Source: Eledone cirrhosa (taxonomy: Eukaryota). Taken from it: a stretch of 64,000 nt of DNA. The stretch lies in the NCBI GenBank assembly GCA_964016885.1, contig OZ024740.1, forward strand, positions 328,228,001 through 328,292,000. The letters run 5' to 3'. A model generated the notes under the pieces. It ran no database searches, had not been told where the DNA came from, and saw nothing but the letters and a program-made list of their open reading frames with translations. The position numbers and the translations under genes were made by a program. Shown here piece by piece: positions 58,318 through 64,000 of the stretch. Numbering within the stretch: position 1 is the stretch's first letter; every line of letters begins with the position of its first letter.

Positions 58318-58875
58318 TCTCATGGTCGGGTCGTTGGCGACTAAACTGGCAACCTCACCAAGGTTTCTTGGTGAGGAGGGTGACTTTGGACATCCTGCAG
58401 GACTAAAAACAAAACCTGTCAAAGGGCAAAGGAGTTCTTAAGAGTCAATGGCTATCCAAAATCACCGGGAGAGATGACCCCTTAGCCTTTGTCAAGGCAG
58501 AATTCTAGGAGAAGGAAAACTCCGATATAACACCTGCAACCCTGATGGTATCCAATGATGTTGACTTGTTCTTCTTTTTGGTAAATATCATCTTGGTTAA
58601 GAGAGTGGGACTGGCTTTGTGCAGTGCCTTTGCTCACTATAAAAGCTTCACGGCACAGGCATTGCTTTATATCTGGAGATCTCTCTGCACTTGTCGTCAC
58701 ATGGTACCATGGGCCCAGCACTATGTGTCATTAATTGTCACAAGTGTAGTGTTTGTACCAGAGTTTTCAAGTCGCTGGCTGGACTAAAAAGTCACATTCG
58801 TTCAGCGCATCGGTAGGGGTTCTCCTACATGGATATAAAGTAGTGGCCGTACTCGAAAACGAGTTGGCAGCCACC
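58316..58875 (+). mobile_element. Non-autonomous RTE derivative, 5'-truncated copy
   Basis: 58490-58665 resembles LINE 5'UTR 54130-54335 (TTCTAGGAGAAGG, AACTCCGATATAA, GATGTTGA, AGAGAGTGGGA, GCACAGGCATTGC). It then encodes FKSLAGLKSHIRS (end of the LINE ORF) and carries the LINE-like 3' terminus plus (ATGT)n. Confidence 0.85.
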
Positions 58876-58898
58876 ATGTATGTATGTATGTATGTATG

Positions 58899-58932
<34 letters not shown>

Positions 58933-59145
58933 TGTGTATGTGTGTGTGTGTGTGTGTATGTATGCATGTGCATGTATGTTCGTGTGTGTGTGTGTGTGTG
59001 TGTGTATGTTTGTGTGTGTATGTATGTATATGTGTTTTTTTTTTATTTTCTTTTTATTTATTTATTATTATTATTTTTTTTTTTTTCTTTCTCCTCGTGC
59101 AATGGCCATACTCGATAACGAGGGGGCAGCCATCATGTATGTATG

Positions 59146-59752
59146 TCAGGTCACCAGTTGGTGCTACTGGTAACATGTATCCCAGTACAACCTGTCTCAT
59201 GGTCGGGCCGTTGGCGACTAAACTGGCAACCCCACCAAGGTTTCTTGGTGAGGAGGGTGACTTTGGACATCCTGCTGGACTAAAAACAAAACCTGTCAAA
59301 GGGTAAAGGAGCTCTTAAGAGTCAATGGCCATCCCAAATCACCGGGAGAGATGACCCCTTAGCCTTTGTCAAGGCAGAATTCTAGGAGAAGGAAAACTCT
59401 AATATAACATCTGCAACCCTGATGGTATCCAATGATGTTGACTTGTTCTTCTTTTTGGTAAATATCATCTTGGTTAAGAGAGTGGGACTGGCTTTGTGCA
59501 GTGCCTTTGCTCACTATAAAAGCTTCACGGCACAGGCATTGCTTTATATCTGGAGATCTCTCTGCACTTGTCGTCACATGGTACCATGGGCCCAGCACTA
59601 TGTGTCAATAATTGTCACAAGTGTAGTGTTTGTACCAGCATTTTCAAGTCGCTGGCTGGACTAAAAAGTCACACTCGTTCAGCGCATCAGTAGGGGTTCT
59701 CCTACATGGATATAAAGTAGTGGCCGTACTCGAAAACGCATTGGCAGCCACT
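59146..59752 (+). mobile_element. Non-autonomous RTE derivative, longer copy
   Basis: Near-identical to 58316-58875 with an extra 5' head TCAGGTCACC...; flanked by (ATGT)n. Confidence 0.85.
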
Positions 59753-59908
59753 ATGTATGTATGTATGTATGTATGTATGTATGTATGTATGTATGTATGT
59801 ATGTATGTATGTATGTATGTATGTATCTATGTATGTATGTATGTGTGTGTATATGTATGTATACACACACACATACATACATATATATATATGTGTGTGT
59901 GTGTATGT

Positions 59909-59940
<32 letters not shown>

Positions 59941-60508
59941 GTATGTATTTATATATATATGCGTGTGTGTGCGCGTGTGTGTTTGCGTATTTATATGTAT
60001 GTGTATGGCCTCTTTCATATATTTTGTAGAATGTAATTAAATCAATATTTTTCTGATAAATAATGAAAAGCAAATAATGGCATGATTTATCTAGTGTGTA
60101 TCTATTGAATTAAACGGAAGGTTTGTTGCTGTCTGTCGTGTGATCTGTACGCATAATTCAACGATCCACGTTCGTCACACCTTCTCACGTTGGTTTTACT
60201 TTAGAATTATGCTATGAGTATATGTATCTGTGGAATACTCAACCATTATCAATGAGTAAGTCGTTCAATTGACTGAACAAGTGGATACTCATACATACTT
60301 TTCAAGGAGATAGCTAATCATGTGTGCATACATGCACATACACATAAAGGTATACATATATAAGTACACATACACATACACACACTCACATATACATACA
60401 TATATATAATAGCAGAACACTGCTGGTTTATATCCGTAGTAGTAGAGCACTCAGTCCATGGGACGAGTTTGGTAGAAGTAGTTCCACAACAGTTAGTTCA
60501 CCATTACC

Positions 60509-60545
60509 GAGAACAATTGTTTCACCTTATTCGGATCATCAGTTC
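60509..60545 (-). ncRNA. Type I hammerhead ribozyme motif
   Basis: Reverse complement GAA-CTGATGA-TCCGAATAAGGT-GAAACAATTGT-T-CTC; palindromic stem III. Confidence 0.6.
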
Positions 60546-60693
60546 AGTTTAAATGATGTTGTACGGAAAAGGAAAAACAACTTTACGAATAGGCATGTGC
60601 AGAAACAGGAATGAACCTATTATTTTTCTCTAAAAACATTTTTTCCGATTCTGCCCTGCCCGTCCCTTCAATCTTTTAAATTTCTCATTCTTT

Positions 60694-60727
60694 CTTCTGA
60701 TGAAGGACTAGCGTCCGAAACGTTAAG
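60694..60727 (+). ncRNA. Minimal type I hammerhead ribozyme
   Basis: CTT-CTGATGA-A-GGAC(TAGC)GTCC-GAAA-CGT-T-AAG: intact core, stem II, palindromic AACGTT stem III, stem I CTT/AAG. Confidence 0.75.
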
Positions 60728-60842
60728 GCCCTCTTCCTGCTATTTCAAGCGTTAAACTAATATATTCCTTCCACATACTGTACCGATTGTGTTGTTATTT
60801 CCGTCTACACCTTACATACATATATGTATGTATGTATGTATG

Positions 60843-61150
<308 letters not shown>

Positions 61151-62289
61151 TATATATATATATATATATGGGATAACAAGTTATTGTTATAGGTAATACA
61201 GTTAGAGGTTGTGAGTACTTAGCGTCGTGGACTGGAGAACTCTACGACGCTCGCCAATAAAATCTGGCAGCTTAAGGACAAAAACCTAGAATATAAGATT
61301 AGCTGGTCAAAATTTTCGGTAGCAAGAGCCTACACCAACGGAATGTCCGACTGCGGGATTTGTAATTTAGAACTACTACATATCTTAAGGTACGATGGGA
61401 AGCTGCTTAACAGCAAAATAGAAAGATCAATTTTCTGTAGCATAAAATAGCTACTAGATTCACAAACTTCAAACCACCATGATTTGAACCAGTAATCCCC
61501 AAATTAGTACTGAACCACCTAGATTTTAGCATATAGAATACACACCATCGCACTGCTATTAGCTATCAAACGGCCAACTGGTCACTGGATCATAAATCTT
61601 TGAACATTTCTTTCACCCTCTCTCCCTGAAACAGCATCAACCCGATTAAGATAGAACAATCAGCAAAACATTTACAACAAGCGTTTATCAAATGCCCCGT
61701 CATCCCGAGCCCATATATATCATACATGTATCCACCAATTAATCTCTAATTTATTATCTTTTCTTTTATCTGTCACTACATAGGACCCTCTACACGTATC
61801 TATGTACATCTCGAATCTGGTTTTTCATGTTAGCACTAAACCCACCAACAAATCCTTATAAGAACACTTACTCAAAAACTACTACTATGTACTTACACGC
61901 TCTCACTTATTTATTTCTTTATATTTTCCATTTTCTCATTTTCTTATTTTTTAATGTACCCTATCTTATATTTTACTTTTTACTTTTTACATCTCTAACT
62001 TCTCTACCTATTTACCATATATGTTTTATTATTGATGTTATTGTTTTGATTATACGCTATTTTTCTATATGTCTTGCCTCGAGTGAATTACTTTCATATC
62101 TACTCACTCTGATGTAAATAATGTATTGGAGATCGAATGACGCAACCTCAAGCGATTAGCGAACTCTAGACTCACCTGATCAACGAAACAATTGTCAGTA
62201 CTTTAAATAAAGCCCTTATTGTACAGCCAACCATGTTACTCTTCATTCTTTAACTATATATACTATATATATACTAAATTATTATTACT

Positions 62290-62473
62290 CGGTGGATTGG
62301 CACTATCGGTAGAGGGTCGGACGCCATGCTTCCAGCATAGTTACGTCCCTTTACGATCTGAGTTCAAATCCCGCCGAGGTTAATTTTGCCTTTCATCCTT
62401 ACGGGGTCGATAAAATAAAGTACCAGTAATGCACTGGGTAATTTCTGGCCTTGTGCCAAAAGTAGAAACAATT
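62290..62473 (+). mobile_element. tRNA-derived SINE
   Basis: Same family, near-consensus. Confidence 0.85.
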
Positions 62474-62592
62474 ACTATATATATATATATATATATTAAT
62501 TAAACTATTTTTCACCGTGAACAATTTGTCAGCATTTTCTTTTCCGTTTACCAATATATCATAACTTGTGTGTTACACCTCTATTCTTTTAA

Positions 62593-62629
<37 letters not shown>

Positions 62630-63100
62630 AGTATATTTATGCGTGTACATTTATGTGTGCATACGCATACATACGCATTTAATATGGCATTTTGAATTTT
62701 TTTCTACTTTCTCTGTAGTTAACTCCGGAGCTTACAGTCATACATAAGTCAATCTGGTTTGCCAAAATCTTATCAAAATTTTTGTTCAAGATGAGACAAA
62801 CGCGAAACTGAATGTTAACCACGCATCTTAACCACGCGGCCAGGCCCTGACCCATTTATATCTTTAAAACTGTAAAGAATGTAATGAATATCTTATACAA
62901 GCACCTGAAACATTTAGAGATTTGTTCTTTTTGAAGGAATCTCGTGAAACATTTCACTCCAAATACCGTTCCATAAGTCTTCTAGAAATAGGGAGAATGC
63001 AAGCGGAATCCAGATTTATAACACACACACACACACGAATCTATGCACTGCCTTCACACAAACAAATACAGACAGACATACACACTCACACACACATACA

Positions 63101-63148
<48 letters not shown>

Positions 63149-63571
63149 TATATATGTGAATACCACATGTGCTTTTACGTGCCTCTGTGTCATTCACAAA
63201 TTTGGTACAGAGCAAAATACCTGTTGATAACGTGATATTCCTTGTTCGATCATTATACCTAAAGCTTATATTTTTAAGCAGACAGTATTTTCATTTAGGT
63301 CTCATAGAAACCCTGCATTTGGATTTTAACATCAATTCCAACGGGGTCAGGTCTGTGTTTTTTATCATTTACTTTGTTTTGATCTGTTTAGCTTGATTTA
63401 CTTTTTGGCTTAGGTGGTTGATGGTTTCTTGACCACTATTTCAGTTTTGTATGGCCTCTTAACATATTGTTTAGCTCTGGTTTTTTAACTATGGAGCGCT
63501 TGCCAGTATCATTTCTGATTTTTGTGTTTTCGTTTCGCCTTTTCTACCCGCCGAAATGCGATTCTCGCTGA

Positions 63572-63617
<46 letters not shown>

Positions 63618-63622
63618 TTATA

Positions 63623-63657
<35 letters not shown>

Positions 63658-64000
63658 TTATCTATCTATCTATCTCTGGGATGGACACACGCGTATAACT
63701 TGCTGAGTAAGTTCTGTTTAAATTTCTATAGAAATTCTTGTCTGATAACTTTAATTTTTGTACCATTTTGTAGAGGGACTGCCAGGTCAAACTTTGATCT
63801 GGTCAGTCTCTCAAAATATTCTACGCCTTTAGGCGAAATAGTTAAAAAAAAAGTTTTTTCTTGTTGAAAAGTTTATATTTTTTTAAATGGCCGAAGCTTC
63901 TTCACCAAAATTCGAAGGAGGAAAGGGGAAGATGAACTTACAGCTTCCCCCTGCCACTGTCACAGTAGCAGAGGTCAAGAAGATAGGTCAGCCAGAGGAA

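Noticed and set aside
61170-61720. Possible GIY-YIG remnant (LAYRI..HRTAI) upstream of the 62106 hammerhead
   Set aside because: Requires a frameshift and lacks the core motifs; suggestive only.

Overview
AT-rich, microsatellite-dense animal DNA with long (TA)n, (CA)n, (ATGT)n and (TAG)n runs. The repeat content suggests an octopus-like cephalopod, which is inferred and not proven. Almost all short ORFs in the track are translated microsatellites. The only long ORF is an apparently intact RTE-clade LINE (54446-57994: AP endonuclease, RT, three C-terminal C2H2 fingers). It is followed by tandem non-autonomous derivatives made of its 5'UTR and 3' end. One plausible host first exon with a signal-peptide-like segment lies at 8351-8568 (-). 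The rest is tRNA-derived SINEs, decayed RTE, R4/Dong and CRE LINEs, and hAT and Tc1/mariner relics and MITEs. The most striking unannotated signal is about 20 intact or degenerate type I hammerhead-ribozyme motifs. They sit in several families of small non-coding, (TA)n-flanked elements with fold-back or tandem architecture, resembling Penelope-like or retrozyme-like elements; one retains a GIY-YIG remnant. Boundaries of decayed elements are approximate.
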